Below are positions 45,789 through 55,619 of a stretch of DNA of 64,000 nucleotides, in pieces; the stretch's first letter is position 1, and every line of letters begins with the position of its first letter. The stretch lies in NCBI GenBank assembly GCA_018969425.1, contig JAGWYJ010000014.1, positions 309-64,308 of the forward strand, in the 5' to 3' direction. The stretch comes from Alphaproteobacteria bacterium (GTDB lineage: Bacteria; Pseudomonadota; Alphaproteobacteria; Caulobacterales; Hyphomonadaceae). A program made the translations under genes and the position numbers. A model generated the notes under the pieces. It was not told where the DNA came from, made no database searches, and worked only from the letters and a program-made list of their open reading frames with translations.

Positions 45789-47288
45789 CTAGGCCCGGTC
45801 CCGGCCCGGTTCAAGATCGCCTGATCCCCTTCGCGAGGCGAGGAGGTCCAGATTGGACTGATGGCTCTCGCGGGTAAGGGTGTAGCCCAGCAGGACGAGG
45901 GGCGTCGCCAGCCTGAGAAGAAGGATAAGGGGGATGTAGGCCGTCCCGAGCCGCATCAGGGCGTCCTCTCCGACATCCGAGGGCTGGGCGCCGACCGGGA
46001 AGCCGGCGAAGTTCAGCACCTGAGCGGCAGCCATCACCCCAAGCCCGGTGACCAGCTTGGCGATAAAGGTGTTGGCGGAGAAGAACAGACCTTCGGATCG
46101 GCGGCCCGTTCGAGTTTCGGAATCCTCGGCGATGTCCGCCATCATCGAGACGACGAGCACCTGAAGGCACACCACCAGACAGACATCGATCTGCCCGAAC
46201 GCGAACACGACCCAGAACGTCGTTTCGTCGTTTCCGCCGGCAAGGACCCCTGCAAGACGCAGGGCGATCGGGATCGGCGATATGAGCGCTGAGAGAACGC
46301 CCAGGGTGACGGCGGCGTTTCGCTTACCCAGCTTCCGCGTCGCCATCGGTGCGAGCGCGGCGCCGAGGAAGGCGGAGAAAAAGATCGCGAGGGTCAGGAG
46401 AGCGATGCGCTCGGAGGAAAAACCCCAGAAATAGGTCGAGAAATAGACCGAAAGGGACGAGGCGAGCCCGGCGCCGACGGCCGCGATGACCGCCGCGAGG
46501 AGAAGCGCGGCGAAGGACCGGTTGGCGAGCGTCTCGCGGATGTCCTTTACAATGGAGCCGAGCGATGCTTTCGGCCCGACCTCCGGGCGGATCAGGCGCG
46601 GGATCTGCCCGTGGGTCCCGAGAGCGGAAGCCAGCATGGCCACGGCCATCAGCGCTCCGGCGACGATCCCATAAACGCTGTAGGCGTCACGATTGAACTG
46701 TCCGTTCGGGATCGCCTCGGTCACGAACGCTGGAAAAAGAAAGAAGAACATCATCACCGTCATGGCGTTCCCGCCGGTCCAGCCGAAGAAGCTGCGGTAG
46801 GACAGGAGCGAGCTGCGCTCGTCGTAGTCGGAGGTCAGTTCCGGAGCGAGCGCAGCGCTTGGGGTTTCGAAAAAGGTGATGAAGGTTCGCGTCAGTATGG
46901 CGAGGACAAGAACGTAGAAGAAAAGGGCCGTTTCGCTCCATCCGGCGGGCGGAATCCAGAGCAGCGTGAAGCAGAGCGCCGTCGGGGCGATGGCGAAATA
47001 CATGAACGGATGGCGTCGTCCCCAGCGTGACCGGAACCGATCCGACCAGTATCCGACGATCGGGTCGGAGACCGCATCCAGAATCAGCGCCAGGGTGAGA
47101 GCCAGCCCCACCAGGCGGGCGTCGACCCCGATCACCTGACTGTAGAAGATGAGGAGAAAGTAGCTGAACCCGGCATCCTTGATCCCGAATGCGGCCGAGC
47201 CGGCGCCATAGGCCGCCTTGAGGCCGAAGGGCAGGCGCAGCGTCGTCGGCCCGGGCGTCGTATCGGCCGATGCGGGGGTCTCCGTCAT
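45789..47288 (-). CDS. GPH-family (MelB/YihO-like) cation symporter of the MFS superfamily
   Basis: 'ILDAVSDPIVGYWSDRFRSRWGRRHPFMY' GPH signature. 12-TM-like hydrophobic profile. ATG at 47288 ('MTETPAS'). The listed 861-aa ORF is an artefactual upstream extension. Confidence 0.88.
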   Translation of the reverse strand: MTETPASADTTPGPTTLRLPFGLKAAYGAGSAAFGIKDAGFSYFLLIFYSQVIGVDARLVGLALTLALILDAVSDPIVGYWSDRFRSRWGRRHPFMYFAIAPTALCFTLLWIPPAGWSETALFFYVLVLAILTRTFITFFETPSAALAPELTSDYDERSSLLSYRSFFGWTGGNAMTVMMFFFLFPAFVTEAIPNGQFNRDAYSVYGIVAGALMAVAMLASALGTHGQIPRLIRPEVGPKASLGSIVKDIRETLANRSFAALLLAAVIAAVGAGLASSLSVYFSTYFWGFSSERIALLTLAIFFSAFLGAALAPMATRKLGKRNAAVTLGVLSALISPIPIALRLAGVLAGGNDETTFWVVFAFGQIDVCLVVCLQVLVVSMMADIAEDSETRTGRRSEGLFFSANTFIAKLVTGLGVMAAAQVLNFAGFPVGAQPSDVGEDALMRLGTAYIPLILLLRLATPLVLLGYTLTRESHQSNLDLLASRRGSGDLEPGRDRA

Positions 47289-47621
47289 CGATGGGCCCTT
47301 TCCTTGCGGTCTGGAAGGCAGTTGAGGCGAGGCGGGGACATTTCGCAAGGGCCCATGATCGGCGAAAGAAGGGAGCCGTCCGAACCGGCAGGCGCCGGCG
47401 GCGGGTCTCAATCCCTCCGGTCCGTCCCCGGCCGGCCGGCCGGGCCTGCCTCGCCCGCCCCGGTCGGGGCTTACATCTTGCCGGGAAATATCGTTATCTC
47501 GGCCCTCGACACAAAGCGCAGTTCGCCGCGCTTTTCGCCATGAGCGGACATGACGCCGGAACGCAGGGGGAGAGACCTGACCGGCTTCGTGTTCATGATC
47601 GTAAAGGAAGACGGAGCCGAC

Positions 47622-48431
47622 ATGAGCCAGCATCTGATCGAGACGTTTGAAGACGGCGTCGCCACCCTGACCCTGAACCGTCCGGAGGCGCGCAACGCCC
47701 TCACCGGAGAGATGCTCGCCGCCATGACCGCGGCGGCTCAGAGACTGGCGCTGGATCCTGCCGTTCGCGTGGTGGTGGTCACCGGAGCGGGCGGCGCCTT
47801 CTGCGCCGGCGGAGACGTCAAGGGCTTTGCCGCCGACACGGGCCGCGGACCGGATGGCGCTGCGGGTCCAAGCTTCGAGCAGCGGCATCACAGCTTGCGC
47901 AGCGGAATGGAGCTGAGCCGCATCCTTCATGAGATGCCGAAGCCCACCCTTGCCGTCATACCGGGGCCCGCCGCCGGCGCCGGTCTGTCCATTGCGCTCG
48001 CATGCGACATGCGGATCGCCTCGGCCGAGGCCAAGCTCACCACCGCCTTCTCGAAGATAGGCGTCTCCGGCGATTACGGCGGAAGTTATTTCCTGACCCA
48101 TCTCGTGGGCGCCGCCAAGGCGAGAGAACTCTACTTCACCGCGGACGTCATCACGGGCGCAGAGGCGGCGGAGCTCGGCATCGTCAATCGGGCCGTTCCG
48201 GCCGCCGAACTTCCGCAGGCGGCCGCAGCGCTGACGGCCAGACTTGCGGCGATGCCCACGATCGCTCTCGGCTACATCAAGCGCAATCTTAACATCGCGG
48301 CCCACGGCCCCCTGTCGGATGTCCTCGATGCGGAGGCGGTGCACATGGTTCGCACCATGATGACGGAGGATCACAAGGCCGCCTCGGTGGCCTTCGTCGA
48401 GAAGCGTCCGCCGGTGTTCAAGGGTCGCTAA
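47622..48431 (+). CDS. Enoyl-CoA hydratase/isomerase (crotonase) family protein
   Basis: 'ATLTLNRPEARNAL...VVVVTGAGGAFCAGGDV...GAGLSIALACDMRIA'. ATG at 47622 follows AAGGAAGACGGAG. Confidence 0.88.
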   Translation: MSQHLIETFEDGVATLTLNRPEARNALTGEMLAAMTAAAQRLALDPAVRVVVVTGAGGAFCAGGDVKGFAADTGRGPDGAAGPSFEQRHHSLRSGMELSRILHEMPKPTLAVIPGPAAGAGLSIALACDMRIASAEAKLTTAFSKIGVSGDYGGSYFLTHLVGAAKARELYFTADVITGAEAAELGIVNRAVPAAELPQAAAALTARLAAMPTIALGYIKRNLNIAAHGPLSDVLDAEAVHMVRTMMTEDHKAASVAFVEKRPPVFKGR

Positions 48432-48559
48432 GTTTCCCGTCGCGCCCCGCGTATCGATCCCGGATCATCGGTCTGAGAGACCGGACGATGCGGGGTCGGC
48501 GCCGTTTTGGGTGCGCGTCACGCGAGCGCCGCACGAGGGTTGGGACTGCAGGAGTGGCC

Positions 48560-49123
48560 ATGGGGCTCTTTGAATTCTACACGGTGCTGCTCTCCATCGT
48601 GATCTCGATCGGTCTCGCCTCCCTTCTGGGAACGGCCATGCGTCTCATCCAGGACGCGGACCGTGTGACCTTCAGCGCAATCCATGCGCTGTGGGCGGTG
48701 GCGATCTTCCTGCAGCAGCTCGGCTTCTGGCTGAAAAGCTGGGACTATCACGCCCTCACCGATCTCACGCCGGTGATCTTCTTCACGCCTCTCTCCCTCG
48801 CGATTCTGGCCTATGCGTGTTCGGCATTGGTGACCCCTCACATTCCCGAACATGGACCGATCGATCTGAAAGCCTTTCACGCCCGTCAGTCCCCCAGATA
48901 CGCTGTGGCGATGGCGGCGTATCTTCTGATGGCGATCGTTCAGGCGATCATGATGGATCCGATGACCGCAGACCTTCAGATCGACGGTCTGGTGATGGGT
49001 CTTATGGCCGCTGTGATCCTGGTTTCGGTGCGATGGTCGCGCATCGCCTGGCTCCAGGTCCTGACGCCATGTCTTATCATGCTGGCGCAGCTGCGCTTCA
49101 TTATCGACCGTCTTATCGCCTGA
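48560..49123 (+). CDS. Hypothetical integral membrane protein
   Basis: 187 aa with five or six hydrophobic helices ('FYTVLLSIVISIGLASLLG' and others). No family recognised. Confidence 0.55.
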   Translation: MGLFEFYTVLLSIVISIGLASLLGTAMRLIQDADRVTFSAIHALWAVAIFLQQLGFWLKSWDYHALTDLTPVIFFTPLSLAILAYACSALVTPHIPEHGPIDLKAFHARQSPRYAVAMAAYLLMAIVQAIMMDPMTADLQIDGLVMGLMAAVILVSVRWSRIAWLQVLTPCLIMLAQLRFIIDRLIA

Positions 49124-49430
49124 GGCGCAGGCAGGATCCCTGGTCCGTCTGAAGCCTTATGATGGGTGATGTGAGCCGATCGCCCCGGGAGCGCTTTGAT
49201 ACGTTCAGGCGGGTGCGTCCCTCTCGCAGAAGGGGGGCGAGACGACATGCCTTCATTCGTCGTCAGGGGGCGGCATCAGGTTGCAAGGCCGGCCTGCCTG
49301 CCCGTCGAACCCGTTGTATGAGCCGACGAGAGAGCGGGCTGGCGGTCCTCCATGCCCTGAGTTAGGCTTGTCTTCAGCCGGCGACAAAGACCGGTGAATG
49401 GGAACGTTCATACGAGGGGAGACAAACGAG

Positions 49431-49826
49431 ATGACGACTGAACTGACGATGCTGGTTTATGCAGCCGGCCTGTTGATCGTGCTTATCGGCATACAGGCGT
49501 CGGTCGGCGTGAGCGCGATGGGATTTAAAACGGCCGCCGGGCCGAGGGACGAGACGCCGCCTCCCACACCCTTTCAGGCGCGCACCAAGCGAGTGGTGGA
49601 TAATCATCGCGAAGGTCTGACGGTTTTCGCGCCGATCGTGCTTGCGGCCGCGGTCGCCGGCGTGTCGAATGAATGGACTGTCCTCGGCGCTCAGCTGTTC
49701 TTCTATTCCCGCGTGGCCCATGCGGTTATCTATCTGGCCGGCCTGCCCATGGTGAGGCCTCTTGCTTTCTTTGTCGGACTTGCGGGAACGATCATGGTGC
49801 TTCTCGCCGCTCTCGGCGTGATCTGA
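49431..49826 (+). CDS. MAPEG family membrane protein
   Basis: 131 aa with four helices. 'RVVDNHREGLTVFAPIVLAA' and 'FFYSRVAHAVIYLAG' resemble MAPEG conserved segments. Confidence 0.6.
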   Translation: MTTELTMLVYAAGLLIVLIGIQASVGVSAMGFKTAAGPRDETPPPTPFQARTKRVVDNHREGLTVFAPIVLAAAVAGVSNEWTVLGAQLFFYSRVAHAVIYLAGLPMVRPLAFFVGLAGTIMVLLAALGVI

Positions 49827-49915
49827 CGGGCGGACGTCTCCCGGTCATGGGCCTCGCCGCAGGCTCCATGGCCGGGACAACGCGGCGCCGCAATCACACT
49901 TTCTGGGATGGGGAC

Positions 49916-51190
49916 ATGAGCGGATCGAGCACAAGAGATCGCGACCTGCGGGAGCGCGCCCGGGAGGTGATACCAGGGGGGATGTACGGTCACATGTCCA
50001 CCGCCCTGCTGCCTCCCGAATTTCCGCAGTTCTTTTCCCGCGCCTCGGGCGCGAGGATCTGGGATGCCGACGGCAACCCGTATATCGACTATATGTGCGC
50101 CTTTGGCCCGTGCCTTTTCGGTTACGGCTACGCGCCAGTCGAAGAGGCGGTTCGCACGCAGTTGGCTCTCGGCGACATCATGAGCGGGCCCTCGGAAATC
50201 ATGGTCGACCTGGCGGAAGCCTTTGTCGGCATGGTCAGCCACGCGCAATGGGCGATGTTCTGCAAGAACGGGACGGACGCCACCACCATGGCTCTGATGG
50301 TCGCGCGGGCGGCAACCGGGCGCGGCACGATTTTGTGCGCCCGCGGCTCCTACCACGGATCTGCCCCCTGGTGCACGCCGCGGCCTGCGGGCGTTCTGCC
50401 GAGCGACAGGGCTGGGGTGACCTATTTCGAATATGGGGACGCAGGCAGTCTTGAGGCGGCCTTCCGGGCGCACGCCGGCGATGTGGCGGGCGTCTTTGCG
50501 ACGCCCTTCAGACACGAGACGTTCGCAGATCAGAGCCTGCCTTCGAGGGAGTATGCGTTCGCCGCAAGGCGATTATGCGATGACCACGGCGCGCTTCTGA
50601 TCGTGGACGATGTGCGCGCCGGCTTCCGCCTTGCGCGCGATTGCAGCTGGTCCGCTCTTGGGGTTGAGCCGGACCTCAGCGCCTGGGGAAAGTGTATCGC
50701 GAACGGCCATCCCATCTCCGCCCTTCTGGGCTCGAATTCCGCTCGCGCCGGCGCGGAGCGCGTCTTCGTGACGGGATCTTTCTGGTTCTCCGCCGCGCCC
50801 ATGGCTGCCGCGCTTTCGGCCCTCAGAGAGATTCGGGAAACCGCCTATCTGGAGGATCTGATCGCAGCGGGAGAGGAGCTCAGACGAGGGCTGGGGGGGC
50901 TTTGCGCCGCTCATGACCTGGCCGTCCGTCAGACCGGTCCGGCTCAGATGCCGCAGATCCTGTTTGAAGACGACCCCGATTTTCGTATCGGCTACGCGTT
51001 CGCCGCCGAATGCGTCAAACGCGGCGTCTATGTGCACCCCTATCACAACATGTTCCTGTCATCGGCGCACGGTCCTGACGATATCGCCCTGACTCTCGAG
51101 GCGATGGACTGGGCGCTCTCCGCCGTGCGGGCCCGCCGATCAGACCTCCAGCCTCATCCGGGCGTTGCAGCCCGGCTGGGGCTTCGCTGA
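49916..51190 (+). CDS. Class-III aminotransferase (glutamate-1-semialdehyde aminomutase-like)
   Basis: 'RERAREVIPGGMYGHM', 'GSYHGS', 'LIVDDVRAGFRL' and PLP lysine 'AWGKCIANGHPISALLG'. ATG at 49916 was chosen among several in-frame starts. Confidence 0.85.
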   Translation: MSGSSTRDRDLRERAREVIPGGMYGHMSTALLPPEFPQFFSRASGARIWDADGNPYIDYMCAFGPCLFGYGYAPVEEAVRTQLALGDIMSGPSEIMVDLAEAFVGMVSHAQWAMFCKNGTDATTMALMVARAATGRGTILCARGSYHGSAPWCTPRPAGVLPSDRAGVTYFEYGDAGSLEAAFRAHAGDVAGVFATPFRHETFADQSLPSREYAFAARRLCDDHGALLIVDDVRAGFRLARDCSWSALGVEPDLSAWGKCIANGHPISALLGSNSARAGAERVFVTGSFWFSAAPMAAALSALREIRETAYLEDLIAAGEELRRGLGGLCAAHDLAVRQTGPAQMPQILFEDDPDFRIGYAFAAECVKRGVYVHPYHNMFLSSAHGPDDIALTLEAMDWALSAVRARRSDLQPHPGVAARLGLR

Positions 51191-51343
51191 TCGGACGGCC
51201 GTCCGACCACGCACTTGTGACCGGAGCGACTGTCCGGGTAGGGGCTGTGTTAAGGCCCGAGCCATTGATCCCCAGAGAGGTTGACCCTAAGTAGGGGCCC
51301 AAGGTCCGCCGCTGTCGTGCGGTCCGCAAACCGGAGGTCCGCC

Positions 51344-52414
51344 TTGCGTCGATCCCTTCTCCTGGCTCTGGGAGCCGCTCTTTTCACTCTGCCGGCCATG
51401 GTCTCCGTTCAGTCGGACGCGTGGGCGCAGGCCGCTCCCGCCCCTTACAAGGCGCCCCGTCTGGCGATCGGTCAGCCGGATATCGGGGGATACTGGAGCA
51501 ACTCCACCCTCACGCCGATGACCCGTCCGGCCGCCGTCCGCGACCGCCTCGTCTACACTGAGGAAGAGGTGAAGAAGCTGGAAGGCGCCGTCCAGGTGGA
51601 GATCGAGGAAGGCAATCAGCCGACCGATCCCAACGCTCCGGCTGAATATCGCAACCCCACCAGCGTCAACCGCCCGGAATTCACCGCCGCTGGCGGCGCT
51701 GTGGGCGGGTATAACCGCGGATGGCTCGATCCGGGCAATCACGTCATGCGCGTGAACGGAGAGCCGCGCACCTCTCTCATCACCACCGCCAACGGACTGG
51801 CGCCTCCGCGCAAGCCTCAGCCTGCGGCGCCTGCGGCGGCCCGGGGCGGCGGCGATTCGTACGACAGCTACGAGACGCGCTCCCTCGGCGAGCGCTGCAT
51901 TATCGGGTTCGGCCGCAATGCGGGTCCGCCGATGTTTCCGAACGGCTTCTACAACAACAACTACCACATCGTTCAATCGCCTGATGCGGTGATGATCGAG
52001 GTGGAGATGAACCATGACGCCCGCATCATTCGTCTGAACAGCAAGCATCGTACGGACAATGTCCGTCCCTATTTCGGGGATGCGATCGGCTGGTGGGAAG
52101 GCGACACCCTCGTTGTCGAAACCACCCACATCCCGCGCAGCCAGGCTTTCATGGGATCCTGGGAGAACCTCAAGGTCACCGAACGGTTCACCCGCGTTGC
52201 GGACGACCGTCTTCACTATCGCTTCTCTGTTGAGGATCCGACCGTCTGGGATGAGGCCTGGGGCGGCGAATACGAGTTTTCGCCTCTGAACGGTCAGATC
52301 TACGAGTACGCCTGCCATGAGGGCAATTACGCGCTCCCTGGCATTCTGATGGGCGCGCGCGTCCAGGAGGCCAGAGAGGTCAGCGCCAAGGCGTCGGCCA
52401 AGGCTAAGCCCTGA
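51344..52414 (+). CDS. Hypothetical exported protein
   Basis: TTG at 51344 lies 6 nt after GGAGG. Signal peptide 'LRRSLLLALGAALFTLPAMVSVQSDAWAQA'. No motif recognised. Alternative starts at 51281 and 51317. Confidence 0.6.
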   Translation: MRRSLLLALGAALFTLPAMVSVQSDAWAQAAPAPYKAPRLAIGQPDIGGYWSNSTLTPMTRPAAVRDRLVYTEEEVKKLEGAVQVEIEEGNQPTDPNAPAEYRNPTSVNRPEFTAAGGAVGGYNRGWLDPGNHVMRVNGEPRTSLITTANGLAPPRKPQPAAPAAARGGGDSYDSYETRSLGERCIIGFGRNAGPPMFPNGFYNNNYHIVQSPDAVMIEVEMNHDARIIRLNSKHRTDNVRPYFGDAIGWWEGDTLVVETTHIPRSQAFMGSWENLKVTERFTRVADDRLHYRFSVEDPTVWDEAWGGEYEFSPLNGQIYEYACHEGNYALPGILMGARVQEAREVSAKASAKAKP

Positions 52415-52447
52415 GATTGGGACGGGATCTGAACGTCAGGCTCTGAA

Positions 52448-52481
52448 AGCAGGCCGGAAAGGGAAACCTTTCCGGCCTGCT
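52448..52481. terminator. Perfect 15-bp hairpin with a GAAA loop between convergent genes
   Basis: AGCAGGCCGGAAAGG-GAAA-CCTTTCCGGCCTGCT. It abuts the esterase stop (52483) and lies 34 nt after the stop of the exported protein. Confidence 0.6.
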
Positions 52482-52482
52482 C

Positions 52483-53547
52483 TCATAGGGTGCGACCCAG
52501 CGCCCGGGCGAGCGCCGACAGGCGCGCCTGCCGGAAGCGCCGCGAAACGCCCGCCTCGGGCGCAAGAACGTCGAACCCGTGATAGGCGCCCGGGACGACA
52601 AGCAGTTCGGCGGCGACGCCGGCGGCTGTCAGCCGGCGGGCGTAGTCGATATCTTCTTCCAGAAAGAGATCGAGGCCCCCGACGCCGATGAAGGCCGGGG
52701 GCAGTCCGCTGAGGTCCTCGACGCGCGCGGGGACGGCGCCTTCGGGGGGATGATCGCTTCCGGCCGGCTGTCCGAGAAGGGCGCTCCAGCCGAAACGGTT
52801 TGAGGCAGCATTCCACCGGACGCGCCCCGTATGCGCGGCGGCGGCCTTCGAACTTCCGGTCCGATCGTCGAGCATCGGATAGGTCAGCAGCTGGAAGGCG
52901 ATGCGATACTCGCCGCGATTGCGTGCGGCGATGGCGAGCATTGCGGCGTGCCCCCCGCCTGCGCTCTCTCCGCCGATCAGGATGCGATCGGTATCGACCC
53001 TCAGTCGCTCCGCCTCCCGATTGAGCCAGCGCAGCGCCGCGTAATTGTCTTCAAGCGAGCCGGGAAACGGCGTCTCAGGCGCGAGCCTGTAGCCGACGGA
53101 GGCGACCACGCATCCCAGTTCCGAGGCGACGGTCTGGAGGAAGGCCGGATTCCGGCCGGCCGATCCCGCCACGAAACCGCCGCCATGCATGTGCAGGAAA
53201 ACGGGCCGGCGATCATCTCCCGCGCCTGGATCGATCAGCTGAACGAGAACCTCGGGCGCGCCGGGCGGCCCTGGGATCATGATCCGCTGCAGCTGAGGCG
53301 CCGGCGGCGGCAGCGGTCCTGGCGTGGGCCGGGCCCGAACAGAGACGAGGGTCTCGGCGGTGATGGGTTCGTCCGGAAGGTTCGCAACGGCTTCCAGAAG
53401 CTCGGGGTCGATCCCTTCGAGTCTCTCATTCCGGGCGATGGGGGACATGGGTCGGGTTCCTGAAGTCTGCTGAGCGGAGGCGATGGGAGCCGCCGCTGCG
53501 GCCGCCAGAAGGCCCAGAGTGAGGCGTCTTCGAGAGGGGTTGGGCAT
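52483..53547 (-). CDS. Tat-exported alpha/beta hydrolase (HSL-family esterase/lipase)
   Basis: Tat signal 'PSRRRLTLGLLAAAAAAPIASA', oxyanion 'HMHGGGF' and nucleophile elbow 'GESAGG'. ATG at 53547. Confidence 0.85.
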   Translation of the reverse strand: MPNPSRRRLTLGLLAAAAAAPIASAQQTSGTRPMSPIARNERLEGIDPELLEAVANLPDEPITAETLVSVRARPTPGPLPPPAPQLQRIMIPGPPGAPEVLVQLIDPGAGDDRRPVFLHMHGGGFVAGSAGRNPAFLQTVASELGCVVASVGYRLAPETPFPGSLEDNYAALRWLNREAERLRVDTDRILIGGESAGGGHAAMLAIAARNRGEYRIAFQLLTYPMLDDRTGSSKAAAAHTGRVRWNAASNRFGWSALLGQPAGSDHPPEGAVPARVEDLSGLPPAFIGVGGLDLFLEEDIDYARRLTAAGVAAELLVVPGAYHGFDVLAPEAGVSRRFRQARLSALARALGRTL

Positions 53548-53737
53548 GCGTCTGTCTCCATCCTGGCGCCTGCGGAGCGGACAGGCCTGTTCGAGGCCGG
53601 GTTGGGCGGAAGTGTGATATTCCACCCTTTCCGGGGCGAGGAAAGATCTGGAGGCGTTTCCTTACGGCAGGCCCCGCGCTAGGAGAGGCGTGGAAGCGCG
53701 CTCGGTCGGAGTTCGCGTGCGAAGGGGAGCCACCTCA

Positions 53738-54568
53738 GTGTCGGACCGCCGGAGCCGTCTTCGTGACGCCGTTCTCGACCATGCGGCCCGTCGCACGCTG
53801 CTCATGGGTATTGTCAATCTGACGCCCGATTCCTTCTCGGACGGAGGGCGGATTCATGGCGCTCAAGCGGCTCTTCAGGCCGCCCTCGACCTGTCTCGGG
53901 ACGGCGCAGACATCATTGATGTCGGTGGTGAATCGACCCGTCCCGGAGCCCCGCCCGTACCCCTGGATGAGGAGCTGGCCCGCGTTCTCGAACCGGTCCG
54001 TCTGATCTGCGAGACCCTTGATCATCCGGTCTCGATCGATACCTACAAGGCGGTCGTCGCCCGGAAGGCGGCAGCCCTCGGCGCGGTTATCATCAACGAC
54101 ATCTGGGGCGCGACGCGAGACGAGGACATGATGCGCGCGGCCGCCGAGACGAGATCGGCAATCTGCGTCACGTACAACCGGGGCGTCGCTGATCCGACCC
54201 TCTCCGTTCTCGACGACATGCGCGCCTTCTTCGATGAGGCCCTGGCGCGATCGCTCGCTGCGGGCGTCCCTCGACAGCATGTAATACTCGATCCTGGTCT
54301 GGGTTTCGGAAAGACCTATGAACAGAACTATCTTCTGATGGCCCGTCTCGACGTTCTGCTTGATTACAGCCTGCCTGTGCTGGTGGGCGCCTCGCGCAAA
54401 TCGTTTGTGGGCCGGCGCCTGGATCGTCCGGTCGACCAGCGTCTGGCGGGGTCTCTCGCCTGCGGACTGTTGTCGGCCATGAACGGAGCATCGATACTCC
54501 GGGTGCATGATGTCGCCGCTCATCGCGATGCGCTCGACATCGCCCGGGCGTTCAGGGAGGCCGGATGA
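53738..54568 (+). CDS. folP: Dihydropteroate synthase
   Basis: 'LMGIVNLTPDSFSDGG', 'IIDVGGESTRPGA', 'SIDTYK' and 'GASRKSF'. GTG at 53738 lies 8 nt after GAAGGGGAG. Alternative GTG at 53690. Confidence 0.9.
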   Translation: MSDRRSRLRDAVLDHAARRTLLMGIVNLTPDSFSDGGRIHGAQAALQAALDLSRDGADIIDVGGESTRPGAPPVPLDEELARVLEPVRLICETLDHPVSIDTYKAVVARKAAALGAVIINDIWGATRDEDMMRAAAETRSAICVTYNRGVADPTLSVLDDMRAFFDEALARSLAAGVPRQHVILDPGLGFGKTYEQNYLLMARLDVLLDYSLPVLVGASRKSFVGRRLDRPVDQRLAGSLACGLLSAMNGASILRVHDVAAHRDALDIARAFREAG

Positions 54569-54930
54569 CTGACCGTGTGTTCGTGACCAATCTGTGCATT
54601 CACGGCTTTCACGGCGTCGCAAAAGCCGAGAAGTCGCTGGGGCAGAAATTCTATGTCGACATCGATTGCTGGGTGGAGAGAGCCGATCCGGACAGCGACC
54701 ATATGGACGATACGGTCTGCTACGGCTCTCTGTGCGACATCGCCGAGCAGTTGTCGGCGCGGACGACGTTCAATCTGATCGAGACCTTCGCGCATCGCAT
54801 CGCAGGTGAGGTTCTCGAGCGGTTTCCGGCGGTGTCGGCGATCCGGGTCCGCATCCGCAAGCCGTCCGCTCCTATTCGCCATGCGGTCGATCATGTCGGG
54901 GTCGAGATCGAACGGCGCCGGAATGGCTGA
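54565..54930 (+). CDS. folB: Dihydroneopterin aldolase
   Basis: 'VFVTNLCIHGFHGVAKAEKSLGQKFYVDI'. ATGA overlap with folP. Confidence 0.88.
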   Translation: MTDRVFVTNLCIHGFHGVAKAEKSLGQKFYVDIDCWVERADPDSDHMDDTVCYGSLCDIAEQLSARTTFNLIETFAHRIAGEVLERFPAVSAIRVRIRKPSAPIRHAVDHVGVEIERRRNG

Positions 54931-55459
54931 GGTGGGCCTTGGCCTTGGCGCCAATCTCGGGGATCGTGGCGGGGCGATCATCTCGGCGCTTCAGGCGCTG
55001 GACGCCATGTCCTCCGTTCGGCTGACAGCCCTCTCAGGCCTTTACCGAACCGCTCCCTGGGGACTGACAGACCAGCCCGATTTTCTGAATATGGCCGCTC
55101 TGATTGAGACCGAGCTGCAGCCTCTGGAGGTCCTGAAGACGGTCAAGGCGCTCGAGCTCGCGTCCGGTCGGAGGGTTCGCGAGCGCTGGGGCCCTCGCGA
55201 GATCGATATCGACCTCCTTTTCTATGACAATCTCGAGCTTGTCTCCGATGGGCTCGTTCTGCCTCATCCAGGTCTGTTTCAACGCCGGTTTGTTCTGGCG
55301 CCTCTGGTCGAGATTTGTCCCGATCGCCCTATCCTGGGGCGAACGCCCGTCCGGGGTCTTTCAGATCTCCCCGGGGAGACCAGCGGGGAGGTCGTTCCCG
55401 ATCCTCTGGAAACCCATCGTCTCGCTCTCGCCTTTCCCGGTCGCGTCGGCCGGATCTGA
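54923..55459 (+). CDS. folK: 2-amino-4-hydroxy-6-hydroxymethyldihydropteridine diphosphokinase
   Basis: 'VGLGLGANLGDR...LYRTAPWG...QPDFLNMAA...WGPREIDIDLL'. The start overlaps the folB stop by 8 nt. Confidence 0.88.
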   Translation: MAEVGLGLGANLGDRGGAIISALQALDAMSSVRLTALSGLYRTAPWGLTDQPDFLNMAALIETELQPLEVLKTVKALELASGRRVRERWGPREIDIDLLFYDNLELVSDGLVLPHPGLFQRRFVLAPLVEICPDRPILGRTPVRGLSDLPGETSGEVVPDPLETHRLALAFPGRVGRI

Positions 55460-55619
55460 CCGGGCGATCGCCTGTGACCCCGTCCGACGCAGTCGTTTCG
55501 TGAAACGATCATCCTGAAGTGAGAGAGACACGGCGGCCCCCAAGCGGCGCCGGCTGTCGCACGCGCCGCCTGGACAGCTTGGGGTTTAGGCCGGGTACGC
55601 GATGCAGGCTGACGGACGA

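Noticed and set aside
47289-48374. N-terminal 362 aa of the listed 861-aa minus-strand ORF
   Set aside because: This part is antisense to the enoyl-CoA hydratase gene and has junk-like composition. The transporter homology and hydrophobic profile begin at the ATG at 47288 (MTETPAS...).
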